Source: Candidatus Peribacteria bacterium (GTDB lineage: Bacteria > Patescibacteriota > Gracilibacteria > Peribacterales > Peribacteraceae). Taken from it: DNA of 64,000 bases. Under the pieces are notes generated by a model. It was not told the origin of the DNA and made no database searches. It saw only the letters and a list, made by a program, of their open reading frames with translations. Shown one piece after another: positions 63,743 to 64,000 of this stretch (position 1 is its first letter; the number at the start of each line of letters is the position of its first letter). Both the position numbers and the translations under genes were made by a program. The stretch is from the NCBI GenBank assembly GCA_028286915.1, contig JAQBQQ010000023.1, forward strand, positions 8,005 through 72,004. Reading direction: 5' to 3'.

Positions 63743-64000
63743 TTCTAAGACAGAAACAGAATGCCAGTCTTACATTGGGGTAGCACCTGAAGAGTTTCGA
63801 AAACGTCTCTTATGCTTTTTTCTGTCTTACAGAAGGCATTTTCAGAGGTCTTCCGAAGTGACATATATTGGCAATTTGCATGTGGAGACCGCACGGAGAA
63901 GCCCGTATTTTTCATACGTCGTCCTCTTTTCATTGTGAAACAGATCAGTCATTCTATTTTCCATGCCCTTGCACCAGACATTGTTGGATTTTTTGTTTCC

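Noticed and set aside
1-64000. Alternative genetic code (for example UGA recoding, as in some candidate phyla)
   Set aside because: Conserved genes (argS, ftsZ, eno, pyk, murD, prs) give full-length products under the standard code with no in-frame stops.

Overview
This 64 kb window looks like a bacterial chromosomal segment that uses the standard genetic code. The core genes give full-length ORFs with no in-frame stops. It is gene-dense, with about 65 supportable CDS and five tRNA genes that all encode their CCA ends.

Housekeeping content:
- Translation and RNA: fmt, rbfA, argS, truB, an L33-like protein, and tRNA-Met/Ile2(CAT), Leu(CAA), Ile(GAT), Lys(CTT) and Val(GAC).
- Cell wall and division: a murF-like ligase with DegT and FemAB genes, murD followed by a PP-loop protein, ftsA and ftsZ.
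- Glycolysis and nucleotides: eno, pyk, prs, dut.
- DNA repair: recF, ruvC, a truncated uvrC-like gene, and a stand-alone 5'-3' exonuclease.
- Others: grpE, trxB, a copper/redox membrane cluster, a VirB4-type ATPase operon with a distant T4SS-type pilin, a small sugar operon, and many orphan secreted or membrane proteins.

Gene content and style resemble Candidate Phyla Radiation / Peregrinibacteria-type genomes: many small orphan surface proteins, mostly no Shine-Dalgarno sequences, and a T4SS-type pilin. This is inference only.

The most unusual signals are at the nucleotide level:
1. Three tRNA loci (Val, Met, Leu) are surrounded by partial or modified tRNA copies. These carry short GC-rich palindromes that show compensatory changes. 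At the Val locus a GIY-YIG ORF is fused into one copy.
2. A degenerate IS200/RAYT-like Y1 transposase gene is flanked by inverted, covarying hairpins of the same stem type.
3. Several dispersed families of C-poor, 7-nt-periodic repeats occur at gene ends, often as inverted arrays. They also occur inside the coding sequence of murD, murF and the PP-loop gene.

Notable protein-level observations:
- A murD plus PP-loop pair that resembles MurD2/MurL.
- A MurF-like ligase fused to a membrane domain.
- Two high-GC single-gene cassettes, each with its own Shine-Dalgarno sequence and terminator.

I saw no CRISPR array, rRNA gene or prophage.
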